Below are positions 1 through 8,930 of a DNA stretch of 49,299 nt, piece after piece. Under the pieces are notes generated by a model. The model searched no databases. It worked only from the letters and a program-made list of their open reading frames with translations, and was not told the origin of the DNA. Position 1 is the first letter of the stretch. Every line of letters begins with the position of its first letter. Position numbers and translations under genes: made by a program. Source of the DNA: a virus (taxonomy: Duplodnaviria; Caudoviricetes); IMG/VR virus record IMGVR_UViG_3300005573_000126, positions 1-49,299 of that record. One strand, given 5' to 3'.

Positions 1-150
1 GCAAGATTGAAAAGCTCAAAAGAAAACGGAGTTTTCATTACTTGTGAAAATGATTATACAAGCAAAAATTTTTTTGTTACGAACAATGAAATAATGGAAA
101 TTCCTGAACCATGGTCTGATTGTATTGAATTTGGGAATTATAATAAGTAA
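1..150 (+). CDS. 3' end of a hypothetical protein (truncated by window)
   Basis: Frame 1 is open from base 1 to TAA at 148-150 (ARLKSSKENG...EFGNYNK); the next ATG follows 4 nt later. Confidence 0.6.
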   Translation, partial: ARLKSSKENGVFITCENDYTSKNFFVTNNEIMEIPEPWSDCIEFGNYNK

Positions 151-154
151 TACT

Positions 155-571
155 ATGAAAACATTTGATACATTAGAAGAGCTTCACGCTGAATGGGAAG
201 TTAATGGAGCATGTAGGGAAGGTGAAGAATTTAATCATTCCTGCAAAACATTGCAGGAGGTTTTTGAGAAGTGTCCATTGAATTTTAGGTTATGGAGAGT
301 TAGGCATGGATATGCACAATTTGCAGAACATTGCCCATGGGATAAATTAACCGGAGCACAGTGGATGAGATTACTTATTGAAAAGCCACAATACGCAAAG
401 TATTGTGATTGGAACAAATTGGATAATTATGACTGGGATATGCTGCTGAGTCATCATCCCGAACTCATAAAATATTGTAATGAAAAAATGGCGGAAAAAC
501 TTAATTGGGAATATCTTTTACAACGTTACCCCAAATTAAGAATATACAAACCAATTAAGAATGAATCATGA
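155..571 (+). CDS. Trp/Cys-rich ~22-aa tandem repeat protein (paralog of 2221-2802)
   Basis: ATG at 155 (MKTFDT); repeats of the form W..LL...P.Y..YC.W.KL...D. Confidence 0.8.
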   Translation: MKTFDTLEELHAEWEVNGACREGEEFNHSCKTLQEVFEKCPLNFRLWRVRHGYAQFAEHCPWDKLTGAQWMRLLIEKPQYAKYCDWNKLDNYDWDMLLSHHPELIKYCNEKMAEKLNWEYLLQRYPKLRIYKPIKNES

Positions 572-1011
572 AAACTTTGATTTTGATAATATTTTGCTTT
601 ATCCCCTTTACAGCATATTGCCCGGAATCCGGTAGCAATTGGGCGGATAGATACCGCCATACAATTAATGAAAGCCGGCAAATACAATTGCGTCGGCTCT
701 TCCGGGCATTTTGTAACGTGGAAAGTTCCGGAAATTGGCTTGCATACAATGAAAGGGAGAATGCCGGCGGAATACTGCAAATCCGTCCGGTAATGATTAA
801 TGAGGTAAACCGATTGCAAGATTCAATAAGGTTTGAGCTGCGTGACCGTTGGAATATTGAACGTTCATACAAAATCTTTGTTATTAAAATGATGGCACAC
901 AATCCGGAATTGGATATTAAAAAGGCTTGTATGTTGTGGAATGGGATAAAGACAAAAGAAAGCTATATAAATGCAATAACTTCATATTACATTAATAATA
1001 TTATTTATTAA
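568..1011 (+). CDS. lytic transglycosylase/lysozyme-like protein with hydrophobic N-terminus
   Basis: VESSGN (catalytic Glu-Ser), AGGILQI, and C-terminal LWNG...Y motifs of the SLT/lysozyme-like fold. Confidence 0.7.
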   Translation: MKTLILIIFCFIPFTAYCPESGSNWADRYRHTINESRQIQLRRLFRAFCNVESSGNWLAYNERENAGGILQIRPVMINEVNRLQDSIRFELRDRWNIERSYKIFVIKMMAHNPELDIKKACMLWNGIKTKESYINAITSYYINNIIY

Positions 1012-1030
1012 CCTTTTAAAAACTATAAAC

Positions 1031-1327
1031 ATGGAAACCAACAGATTAAACGAAGCTATTAATGCGCTTGCTACCTACCAAGCCGAAAAAGACCTTTATG
1101 AGTTAAAAGACAAATTTTTAAAAATACTTCCTTTCAATTTATGGGATATACGTATTAAAGGTAAAAATTTAGATGGCCAAGAATTTGATTTTTCGCTTAA
1201 GAATACGCTTTCTTCAGATTCTTTAATTGGAAGTGAGATTTTAAAACAATTAAAAAAGGATCATGCTAATAAAATAGTAAAAGACATACTAAACAAAGCT
1301 GGTTATGAAGACATCTATCATATTTAA
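1031..1327 (+). CDS. hypothetical protein
   Basis: ORF with A-rich leader in a tightly packed operon. Confidence 0.7.
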   Translation: METNRLNEAINALATYQAEKDLYELKDKFLKILPFNLWDIRIKGKNLDGQEFDFSLKNTLSSDSLIGSEILKQLKKDHANKIVKDILNKAGYEDIYHI

Positions 1328-1351
1328 TGTATAACCTAAAACAGTTCAGTC

Positions 1352-1588
1352 ATGAAAAAAATTGTTGTTGAAACGAATCTTGGAAAGGAAACCATGATAA
1401 TTAATACGGCATTGATTGCCTTTCTGAACCAGTTTAATAATGGAGATACTACTATTCACTTTGTCGGAGGTGGAAGTTTGAGTATTTCGCCTGATTTGGA
1501 TATTGAGGATGTATATACTCTGTTGTTTTATGAAGGAAAACATCTTAAGATTGGTAATATCTATTCCGAAGAATTACCAAAAAAGTGA
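1352..1588 (+). CDS. hypothetical protein
   Basis: ORF preceded by an aacctaaaa leader; small beta-rich phage-type protein. Confidence 0.7.
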   Translation: MKKIVVETNLGKETMIINTALIAFLNQFNNGDTTIHFVGGGSLSISPDLDIEDVYTLLFYEGKHLKIGNIYSEELPKK

Positions 1589-1644
1589 ATGACACCCAAA
1601 TAAATGCGTATAGTAAAATTCCATGATACATAAAAAATTAAATT

Positions 1645-1938
1645 ATGACACAGGAAAAAATCGAACAACTTTCAGAGCAAATATGCTCTGAGTTCGTGAC
1701 TGATAAAGATACAACAGCAACCTTTGGTGTTGATTTTGATAGGAAAGACGTCGTTAATGCCTTAATTGCTATGAGTGATGAAGTGATAGAAAACATTATT
1801 AAAGAATTGCCAACTGATGCTGAAGTAGAAGCTCAAATAAATGAGCTCATACCTCATGGCTATGGAAGTGAGGATTATTATAATGGCTTAAAAGATGGGA
1901 TTAAATGGGCGTTTAATTGGCTTAAAAATAATATTTAA
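1645..1938 (+). CDS. hypothetical protein
   Basis: ORF; N-terminus resembles that of the next gene. Confidence 0.7.
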   Translation: MTQEKIEQLSEQICSEFVTDKDTTATFGVDFDRKDVVNALIAMSDEVIENIIKELPTDAEVEAQINELIPHGYGSEDYYNGLKDGIKWAFNWLKNNI

Positions 1939-1942
1939 AATT

Positions 1943-2203
1943 ATGACACCAGAAGAAGTGGACAAATTAGCTGAACAAATTGCTCATGAGTTTAAAAAAA
2001 CTATCAATAGAGCAGTAACATACGATGAATATAGTCTCATTGTGCATAAACTCAAAAAGATGGGATATGCTGTCTTAGAAAGCATGTTACAGAAAAGAAA
2101 TTCATCCTTATATTGTGAATGTTCTAATATGCCACGTCAAGTGTATATGATTAATAGTCACTTTTTATGTTCAGTATGTAATAAGCCAATTAAACATGAA
2201 TAA
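1943..2203 (+). CDS. hypothetical protein with C-terminal CxC...CxxC zinc ribbon
   Basis: ATG at 1943, 4 nt after the previous stop; YCEC...LCSVCNK. Confidence 0.7.
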   Translation: MTPEEVDKLAEQIAHEFKKTINRAVTYDEYSLIVHKLKKMGYAVLESMLQKRNSSLYCECSNMPRQVYMINSHFLCSVCNKPIKHE

Positions 2204-2220
2204 TAACAAACTTAATTAAT

Positions 2221-2802
2221 ATGAAAACATTCAACACAATCAAGGAATTTATTTCAGAATTGGAAAGACGATATGGAGACCGTGAAGAAAAGAATTTCGT
2301 AAGGAAGTTTAAAACAATACAAGAACTTGTTGAAAAATGCCCAAAACAACCAAGATATTTTTATCTGTTACAGGGATATGTTCAGTTTGCAGAACATTGT
2401 AATTGGAATGAGTTTGATGGTGATAATTGGGCAGCTTTATTAGCTATTCAGCCTCAATATGAAAATCACTGCAACTGGAAAAAATTAAAAGGGAATAACT
2501 GGTGTTATTTATTAATACATCAGCCCAAGTTTAGTAAGCATTGTTATTGGCAGAGACTTAATGGATATGATTGGGTTTCATTGCTGGAAGTTCATCCCAA
2601 ATTTGCAAAATATTGTAAATGGAGTAAGTTAAATAAATTAAATTGGGAAAGATTACTAAGGTTTCGTCCTAAATTTATCCGGTATTGTAGCAAAAAAATG
2701 ATAAGAAACTTAGACTGGAATTATCTTACTGCTTACCAACCGGAACTAAAGAAATTATATAAAGAAACAATTAAATCTAAAAGCCATGAGAATAAAAAGT
2801 AA
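2221..2802 (+). CDS. Trp/Cys-rich ~22-aa tandem repeat protein
   Basis: About five repeats of W..LL..(Q/H)P.F..HC.W.KL.G; N-terminus MKTFNT matches 155-571. Confidence 0.8.
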   Translation: MKTFNTIKEFISELERRYGDREEKNFVRKFKTIQELVEKCPKQPRYFYLLQGYVQFAEHCNWNEFDGDNWAALLAIQPQYENHCNWKKLKGNNWCYLLIHQPKFSKHCYWQRLNGYDWVSLLEVHPKFAKYCKWSKLNKLNWERLLRFRPKFIRYCSKKMIRNLDWNYLTAYQPELKKLYKETIKSKSHENKK

Positions 2803-2989
2803 AGAAGAGAGGAAGGTATATTTCAAAGCCAGAAAAGTAATAGTAAGCTGTCAGAACATTGAACAGCTTAACACGGCTATGAGATATGTACATTTAGCGT
2901 GGAAGAATGAAAGAATTTGTTATTCGGATGCTAAAAGACTAATTGAAGAATGGAAACTCAAAAACAGAGAAATATATTTGTTCGGTTAA
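2786..2989 (+). CDS. hypothetical protein
   Basis: Overlaps the upstream stop; KARKVIVSCQNIEQL helical motif. Confidence 0.65.
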   Translation: MRIKSKEERKVYFKARKVIVSCQNIEQLNTAMRYVHLAWKNERICYSDAKRLIEEWKLKNREIYLFG

Positions 2990-3001
2990 TTTATTACAAA
3001 A

Positions 3002-3655
3002 ATGGACAAATTGGAAAAGATACGTATTTTGGTGGCATGCGAGGAAAGCCAAATTGTCACCAAAGCATTTCGTAAATTGGGTTTTAACGCATACAGTTGC
3101 GACCTTCAGTGGAGCAGCGGAGGGCATCCGGAATGGCATATCATGGATGATGTGTTAAATGTAATCAATGATGGATGGCACCTTATGATTGCTCATCCGC
3201 CGTGCACATATCTGGCTAATAGTGGTGCCGGTTGGTTATATAAGAACAATGGAGAAAAAAATCAGGAAAGATGGGAAAAATTAAAAAAGGGAGCTGAATT
3301 TTTTAAAAAACTTTTGGAAGCCGATATACCCTATATTGCTATCGAAAATCCCATACCTTTGAGATATGCTATTGAAATAATCGGCAGGAAATATGACCAG
3401 ATTATTCAGCCTTTTCAATTTGGACACCCCGAAAAAAAGGCAACCTGCCTATGGCTAAAAAATTTGCCACCATTACAGCCAACAAATGATGTTAGCGAAA
3501 AAATGAAAAAATACACAAAAAAACAGATTCAAAGGTTACATTACCTTGCACCAAGCAGGGATAGAGCAAAAATTCGCTCAAAAACGTATTCCGGTATTGC
3601 GGAAGCTATGGCAAGTCAATGGGGTAATTATGTTTTACAAAATATCGTTTTATGA
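3002..3655 (+). CDS. short phage DNA cytosine-5 methyltransferase-like protein
   Basis: ILVACEESQ (motif I variant), AYSCDL, IAHPPCT (motif IV, PC catalytic), IENP (motif VI), KATCLWL. Confidence 0.75.
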   Translation: MDKLEKIRILVACEESQIVTKAFRKLGFNAYSCDLQWSSGGHPEWHIMDDVLNVINDGWHLMIAHPPCTYLANSGAGWLYKNNGEKNQERWEKLKKGAEFFKKLLEADIPYIAIENPIPLRYAIEIIGRKYDQIIQPFQFGHPEKKATCLWLKNLPPLQPTNDVSEKMKKYTKKQIQRLHYLAPSRDRAKIRSKTYSGIAEAMASQWGNYVLQNIVL

Positions 3656-5310
3656 TTATTCAGAAGAAAGATAATCTGTTTTATGTACAATTTTCATATA
3701 GACCTTATTTAGTCGAAGGGATAAAGAAAATACCCGGTAAAAGATGGCACCCAGATAAAAAATATTGGACTGTTCCTGTAGCATCCGAAAAAGAGCTGAT
3801 GGAATATGCCAAAAAGCATAATTTCAAAATTATTGATGAGGAAACAGTTCAGGAAGTTATCCCAGAAATAAAGCCGTTACCGGAATTAAAAACATTTATA
3901 CCATTGAAGAAAGAACTATACGAATACCAAAAGAAAGGGGTTGCGTATGGTTTAATGAAAAAGAAAGTATTGATAGCCGATGCACCGGGATTGGGGAAAA
4001 CGGCTCAGGCAATTGCGATGGTAACTGCAATGAATGCTTTCCCATGTCTTGTAATATGCCCTAATAGTTTGAAAGAAAACTGGGTAAGAGAATGGGCAAT
4101 GTGGACAAATCATAAGGCAATAGTTTTTTCTGATTCGATTAAAAAAACATGGAGATATTTCTATGAAAGTGGAATGGTTGATGTCTTTATTGTAAACTAT
4201 GAGAGTCTTAAAAAGTATTTCGTAAATGAAATAGAAAAACAAGAGAAAAAGAAATTGAGGTTAAACCATATAAAATTCAATAATAATGCTGATTATTTTA
4301 AGAGTGTTATTGTTGATGAGGCACACAAAATAAAAGACTATAAAACGCAACAGGCTAAATTTGTTTATGGAATTGCCAAAGATAAAGAATACATAATATT
4401 GCTCACCGGAACGCCGGTAGTAAATAAACCGAATGACCTTATAACGCCATTAATGACTTTAGGATACCTGAAATATTTTGGTGGTTATAGTAACTTTGTA
4501 AAGACATATTGTAATGAACCGAATAAAAACACTCTAAAAAAGTTGAATTATTTGCTAAACAGTTACTGTTATTACCGTAGGGAAAAATCGGAGGTTTTAA
4601 CTGAGCTTCCGCCCAAACAAAGGCAGATAATCAAATGCGATATAACAACCGCAAATGAATACAGGGCAGCGCTTTATGATTTAGGTGAGTATTTGAGGAA
4701 ATATAAGAATGCCACCGAAGAAAAGGTTGAAAAATCACTGAGGGGTGAGATAATGGTTCGTATTGGAATTTTGAAAGATATATCAGCAAGAGGGAAATTG
4801 AATGATGTGTACGAATATATTGAATCAATACTTGAAAGTGGAGAAAAGTTAGTGGTATTTGTTCATCTTAGAGAAATTGCAGCTAAATTGAAGGAAAAAT
4901 TTCCGAGTTGTGTTACCATACTCGGAGATGACAGTTTGGAAACGAGACAGAGGAACATAGACCAATTTCAAACAAACCCTGATGTAAAACTTATAGTTGC
5001 ATCAATTAAAGCTGGGGGAGTTGGTATAACTTTGACGGCAAGTAGCAGGGTGGCATTTGTTGAATTAGCATGGCATCCGGCAGACATGGAACAATGCGAG
5101 GATAGGTGTCACAGGATTGGGCAAAAGGACAGTGTACAGTGTATTTACTTTTTGGGTAATAATACTATTGATGAGTGGATATATGATTTGATTGAATCGA
5201 AGAGAGATATGGCAAACACAATAATGGGAAGCAGGGAAGAAGTTGAGACCAGCATTATGGATGGGGTTTTGAACAAGTTTATGCAGGAAGAATTTTTAAA
5301 ATTTCAATGA
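3652..5310 (+). CDS. SNF2/SMARCAL1-like annealing helicase with N-terminal HARP-like domain
   Basis: DAPGLGKT, DEAH, LTGTP, GGVGITLT, QCEDRCHRIGQ; N-terminal KIPGKRW..DKKYWTVP. Confidence 0.92.
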   Translation: MIIQKKDNLFYVQFSYRPYLVEGIKKIPGKRWHPDKKYWTVPVASEKELMEYAKKHNFKIIDEETVQEVIPEIKPLPELKTFIPLKKELYEYQKKGVAYGLMKKKVLIADAPGLGKTAQAIAMVTAMNAFPCLVICPNSLKENWVREWAMWTNHKAIVFSDSIKKTWRYFYESGMVDVFIVNYESLKKYFVNEIEKQEKKKLRLNHIKFNNNADYFKSVIVDEAHKIKDYKTQQAKFVYGIAKDKEYIILLTGTPVVNKPNDLITPLMTLGYLKYFGGYSNFVKTYCNEPNKNTLKKLNYLLNSYCYYRREKSEVLTELPPKQRQIIKCDITTANEYRAALYDLGEYLRKYKNATEEKVEKSLRGEIMVRIGILKDISARGKLNDVYEYIESILESGEKLVVFVHLREIAAKLKEKFPSCVTILGDDSLETRQRNIDQFQTNPDVKLIVASIKAGGVGITLTASSRVAFVELAWHPADMEQCEDRCHRIGQKDSVQCIYFLGNNTIDEWIYDLIESKRDMANTIMGSREEVETSIMDGVLNKFMQEEFLKFQ

Positions 5311-5311
5311 T

Positions 5312-5698
5312 ATGAGAAAGGCTGAAGTTAACATGCAAAAGGTTATATGTCGCTATTTGCGCCAGTATCATCCGAAGGTGCTTTATTATAGCGATTTGAG
5401 CGGACTATACGTTAGCTCAATTGGAGTTCGCAAAATGATGAAGCAATTGCGTTCTGGTTCCGGATGGCCAGATTTAATGATATTTGAGCCAAGAAGCAAG
5501 TATCATGGTTTGATGATAGAATTAAAGGCTGAAGGGAAGGGAGCGTTTAAGAAGGATGGGAGTTTAAAAAGTGACCCGCATTTGCAGGAGCAAAATCAGA
5601 TGCATGAAAAATTGAGAGAGAAGGGGTATTTTGTAACTTTTTCTGAGGGAATAGAGGAAACCATTGACATTATCGAAAAGTATCTTAAAATGCAATGA
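5312..5698 (+). CDS. VRR-NUC domain nuclease
   Basis: E..MQ, GWPDL, IELK (PD-(D/E)xK), Q...HEKL...GY. Confidence 0.88.
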   Translation: MRKAEVNMQKVICRYLRQYHPKVLYYSDLSGLYVSSIGVRKMMKQLRSGSGWPDLMIFEPRSKYHGLMIELKAEGKGAFKKDGSLKSDPHLQEQNQMHEKLREKGYFVTFSEGIEETIDIIEKYLKMQ

Positions 5699-5699
5699 T

Positions 5700-7010
5700 A
5701 TGGAATCAGGATATATAAAATTGCACCGGAAGATAGTAAACTGGCAATGGTATAATGATATAAACACATTTAAGGTGTTTATTCATTTACTGTTAAATGC
5801 CAGTTATGAAGATGTAAAATGGGGGAATAAGACGATAAAAAAAGGGCAATTGATTGTGAGTCTTAATCAATTAGCATCTGAATTAAAAATGTCTAAAAAG
5901 GCTATCAGAACGAGTTTAAACAAACTGCAATCAACTAATGAAATTTTAGTCGAAAAAACGAACAAATTCAGTTTTGTAACTATCTGTAAATATGACACTT
6001 ACCAATACGCACAAAACGGTAAGGGCACACAAAAAAACGCTGTAACTGATTCAGAATCATATATGTTACAAGAGCCAGTAGTGAAAAAAGGGCACAGTAA
6101 GGGCACACAAAAGGGCACACAAAAGGGCACACAAAAGGGCACACAAAAAAGTACCTTAAAGGGCACACAAAAGGGCACACAAAAGGGCACACAAAAAATC
6201 GTCGGAAATAATTTAATATCAATGGTTTCAGAAGGTGAGGGAGAAAAAAAGGGCACACAAAAGGGCACACAAAAGGGCACACAAAAAAGTACCTTAAAGG
6301 GCACACAAAAGGGCACACAAAAGGGCACACACTTGGGCACACATATATATAAAGAAATAAAAGAAAATAAAGAAATAGATAATACTAACGTATGTAATCT
6401 AAATACTAACTTAAGTACTTATACTAACGTCTCTGGAACCCGCAAAAATTTTTTGCAATCATCTGACGATGATTGCTGCCAAAAAGAAAATGACAATGAA
6501 ATTTCTGATAATCAACAAAATACAAATACAGGAAGCAGCATTCCGCCGGCCGCTGAACCCGAAAAAAATATCAATTATTCTGATAATGAAGTAATTACAC
6601 CCGAAATTGTGCCAGCGGAAGAGGTTAATAAAAAAATTGCAGCCAGCGACAAAGATTTTGTGGATGAAATTCTGGATATATTTCGCAGTGTGTACTTGGA
6701 AAGTTATGGTGAAGAGTATGAGATTATCAATAGAGGCAAAGAACGTTCGGCTATTGGCAAATTGATAGCTATGTACAAGAAAAAACACCCGGAAGGAACA
6801 AGAGAGCATTGTCTGACAGCTATGCGTGATTTTTTCCAGATTGTAGTAAATGTTCAGGATTCATGGTTAAGAACCAATATGAGTCCTAACATCATAGTGA
6901 GTAAGTATAACGAAATCAAAAAATTAGTAAAGTATGGAAAATCAGGGAAAGGAGCAACTACACCCGAAATTGTTGCAGCAGTCAATAGAGCCTTTGAAGC
7001 AAATACATGA
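5700..7010 (+). CDS. replication initiator (N-terminal winged HTH) with internal iteron array
   Basis: ATG at 5700; GYIKLHRKI..W.WY...FIHLLL.A...GQ...S...LA..L typical of phage replisome organizers; KGTQ repeats in the linker. Confidence 0.85.
   Translation: MESGYIKLHRKIVNWQWYNDINTFKVFIHLLLNASYEDVKWGNKTIKKGQLIVSLNQLASELKMSKKAIRTSLNKLQSTNEILVEKTNKFSFVTICKYDTYQYAQNGKGTQKNAVTDSESYMLQEPVVKKGHSKGTQKGTQKGTQKGTQKSTLKGTQKGTQKGTQKIVGNNLISMVSEGEGEKKGTQKGTQKGTQKSTLKGTQKGTQKGTHLGTHIYKEIKENKEIDNTNVCNLNTNLSTYTNVSGTRKNFLQSSDDDCCQKENDNEISDNQQNTNTGSSIPPAAEPEKNINYSDNEVITPEIVPAEEVNKKIAASDKDFVDEILDIFRSVYLESYGEEYEIINRGKERSAIGKLIAMYKKKHPEGTREHCLTAMRDFFQIVVNVQDSWLRTNMSPNIIVSKYNEIKKLVKYGKSGKGATTPEIVAAVNRAFEANT
6021..6342 (+). 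repeat. 12-bp direct repeats (aagggcacacaa), putative replication origin iterons
   Basis: 15 copies of gggcacac (6023; 6101-6137 x4; 6161-6185 x3; 6251-6275 x3; 6299-6335 x4) plus one gggcacag variant; followed by an AT-rich tract at 6343-6425. Confidence 0.85.
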
Positions 7011-7419
7011 CAATTCTTTGTCGGTTTATGGCGGGAATGTTGTTACAAAGCAAGTGCTGATTATGGAACTGTTAAGGTTAAAGAAAGCGTTTCCGGCAAT
7101 AACGAATGATTTCGTTGATATATTAGCCGAAATGGTTATCCGGGAGCGGTTTACTGAGCAGAGGTTACATGATGCTATTGACCACTTGATAAAGACTTAC
7201 GAGTATCAGCATCCGACTGTTGCTTCGGTACTGAAATATGACAAGAGGGTACAGTTTCATTCTTATGCCGATATGTGCGATATGGTTGATAAGTATGGGA
7301 GTGGGGTGTGGGAGATGTATCAAAAAGTCAGGTTACAGGGACAAAGTAAGCCAGTATGGGTGAAAAAATCAGATATTGAAACATACAACCTAAAACATTT
7401 GCTTTACGAAGAAAAATGA
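6934..7419 (+). CDS. hypothetical protein, possible helicase loader/replication partner
   Basis: Overlaps the initiator 3' end, the position of lambda P-type genes; exact start uncertain. Confidence 0.55.
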   Translation: MENQGKEQLHPKLLQQSIEPLKQIHDNSLSVYGGNVVTKQVLIMELLRLKKAFPAITNDFVDILAEMVIRERFTEQRLHDAIDHLIKTYEYQHPTVASVLKYDKRVQFHSYADMCDMVDKYGSGVWEMYQKVRLQGQSKPVWVKKSDIETYNLKHLLYEEK

Positions 7420-7426
7420 TTGATAC

Positions 7427-7459
7427 TTTGGGAATATTTGATAAATTTTTTTAAATTTG
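7427..7459 (+). promoter_or_regulatory. Bacteroidota-type promoter (-33 TTTG / -7 TAAATTTG)
   Basis: TTTG at 7427-7430, 21-nt spacer, TAAATTTG at 7452-7459, upstream of the 7538 gene. Confidence 0.6.
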
Positions 7460-7537
7460 AGGAAGGAAAAAATCTATCAGAAAAAAGTGTTAATTATATG
7501 ATTTCCAATTATGTTTAACTTTTAAAATTTTTAAGTT

Positions 7538-8056
7538 ATGAGAAAGTTTATGTATTTCATTGGCTTATTTAGTCTGATTCTTGTTTCACAGGCTAATGCG
7601 CAACTGGTTGATACTTACGTGAATATGCGTAAGGATGTTGTAATGAATGAGTTCAACGAGCAGGGAATTGTTGTTAAGGAGGAGTATTGGTACGAAACAT
7701 ACTTGCTTACCATAGCGAGTAAGGAGTATGACAATCTTACAGCCAACTTTTATCTGGCTTTTGATAGGGAAACAATGAACTGTTACTTGGAAATAAAGAC
7801 ATTAAAATCAAAAGTCGAAGGGGTAACAGCGTGGGACTTACTCGGGTTTATCCTGAAGGATTACGGTTATGTTGCCAGCAGGGTTAGAGGAGGTGTAACA
7901 TTCTATGCAATGTTAAACACCAGTCATTATTTCAGTGTTTACTTTGTTGATGATAGCCATGAGTATGGGAATAGTTTCACTATCTTTTCAGTAAACAGCA
8001 CAAAAGACCCGATTGAGGTTATTAATTTGGCTTATAAATATTACAAAACAGAATAA
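7538..8056 (+). CDS. secreted protein with Sec signal peptide (moron-like)
   Basis: MRKFMYFIGLFSLILVSQANA|Q: signal peptide with +1 Gln typical of Bacteroidota; has its own promoter. Confidence 0.75.
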   Translation: MRKFMYFIGLFSLILVSQANAQLVDTYVNMRKDVVMNEFNEQGIVVKEEYWYETYLLTIASKEYDNLTANFYLAFDRETMNCYLEIKTLKSKVEGVTAWDLLGFILKDYGYVASRVRGGVTFYAMLNTSHYFSVYFVDDSHEYGNSFTIFSVNSTKDPIEVINLAYKYYKTE

Positions 8057-8076
8057 ACCGAATAACGAGATTGGAT

Positions 8077-8511
8077 ATGAAAGTAAGATTTAAAAAACTA
8101 TCAGAGAATGCCATTGCGCCGATAAAGGCGTATAATGGTGATGCTTGTTTTGATTTATATGCTACATGGGTAGCCGTTAATGTTGCGAAGGAATACATTA
8201 AGTATGGCACTGGTATAGCAATAGAGATACCAGAAGGGCATGTAGGATTGGTTTTCCCTCGCTCATCTATTGTAAACACGCCGTTTGTCTTAAAAAATTC
8301 CGTAGGTGTGATTGATTCTGGGTACAGGGGGGAAATAACAGTTGTGTTTACGAATGTGAATACGGTTGACCCTCTCAAGGGATATAGGGAAGGTGAAAGG
8401 ATTGCGCAAATATTGATTCTGCCTATCCCGGAAGTCGAATTAGAGGAGGTTGACGAATTGTCGCCTTCGGAAAGGGGTACTAACGGTTATGGAAGTTCGG
8501 GGTTAAAATAA
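8077..8511 (+). CDS. dut: trimeric dUTPase
   Basis: ACFDLY, PRSS, GVIDSGYRGEI, ERIAQIL, RGTNGYGSSG (motifs I-V). Confidence 0.97.
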   Translation: MKVRFKKLSENAIAPIKAYNGDACFDLYATWVAVNVAKEYIKYGTGIAIEIPEGHVGLVFPRSSIVNTPFVLKNSVGVIDSGYRGEITVVFTNVNTVDPLKGYREGERIAQILILPIPEVELEEVDELSPSERGTNGYGSSGLK

Positions 8512-8518
8512 AAAACTT

Positions 8519-8549
8519 TTGGGGGTATTTTAAAAGAAAATACCCCCAA
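8519..8549. terminator. 13-bp stem-loop after dut
   Basis: ttgggggtatttt-aaaag-aaaatacccccaa perfect stem; no strong U-tract on the + strand. Confidence 0.55.
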
Positions 8550-8599
8550 CTAATATAACATATTACTCACGTGGTAAAATTCAAAAAAAAGGCATTTAA

Positions 8600-8848
8600 A
8601 TGAAAAATTCAAAAGATATGAAAAAAAGAAGAGTTACACTGAAGGCATATTACAGTGAATTAAGGGCTAAAAGTCCTGCAAAAGAGTTCATTACGGAAGT
8701 ATGTCAAAAATGTGACGTAACTAAACAATCAGTTTACAAGTGGATGAAGGGAGAAATAATCCCGGATAAGCTGAAAAGAGAGGCTATTCTAAAGATAGTC
8801 CGAAAAGATTATCCGCAAATAACTGAGAACGAACTATTTAACATTTAA
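8600..8848 (+). CDS. Cro/XRE-like HTH regulator
   Basis: VCQKCDVTKQSVYKWMKGEIIP helix-turn-helix. Confidence 0.75.
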   Translation: MKNSKDMKKRRVTLKAYYSELRAKSPAKEFITEVCQKCDVTKQSVYKWMKGEIIPDKLKREAILKIVRKDYPQITENELFNI

Positions 8849-8870
8849 TCAAATTTTTTTCACAAAAAAC

Positions 8871-8901
8871 TTGCTTTTTTAAAAAAGTGTTTTAATATTT
8901 G
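8871..8901 (+). promoter_or_regulatory. putative promoter of the sigma gene
   Basis: TTG at 8871 and AATATTTG at 8894-8901 (one mismatch to TAnnTTTG). Confidence 0.45.
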
Positions 8902-8930
8902 TAGCGTTGTTTTAAAAAAATTATAAGGCT

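Noticed and set aside
5980-6342. Minus-strand ORFs with CVPF/VCPF repeats; possible CRISPR-like array
   Set aside because: Antisense shadows of the 12-bp iterons; the repeats are contiguous, with no unique spacers
7491-7520. dif-like site (ttatgtttaact resembles a XerD arm)
   Set aside because: Extra base in the arm, no convincing XerC arm, and no recombinase in the window
8563-8577. Imperfect palindrome ttac-t-cacgtg-gtaa before the HTH gene
   Set aside because: Single copy with a bulge; too weak to call an operator
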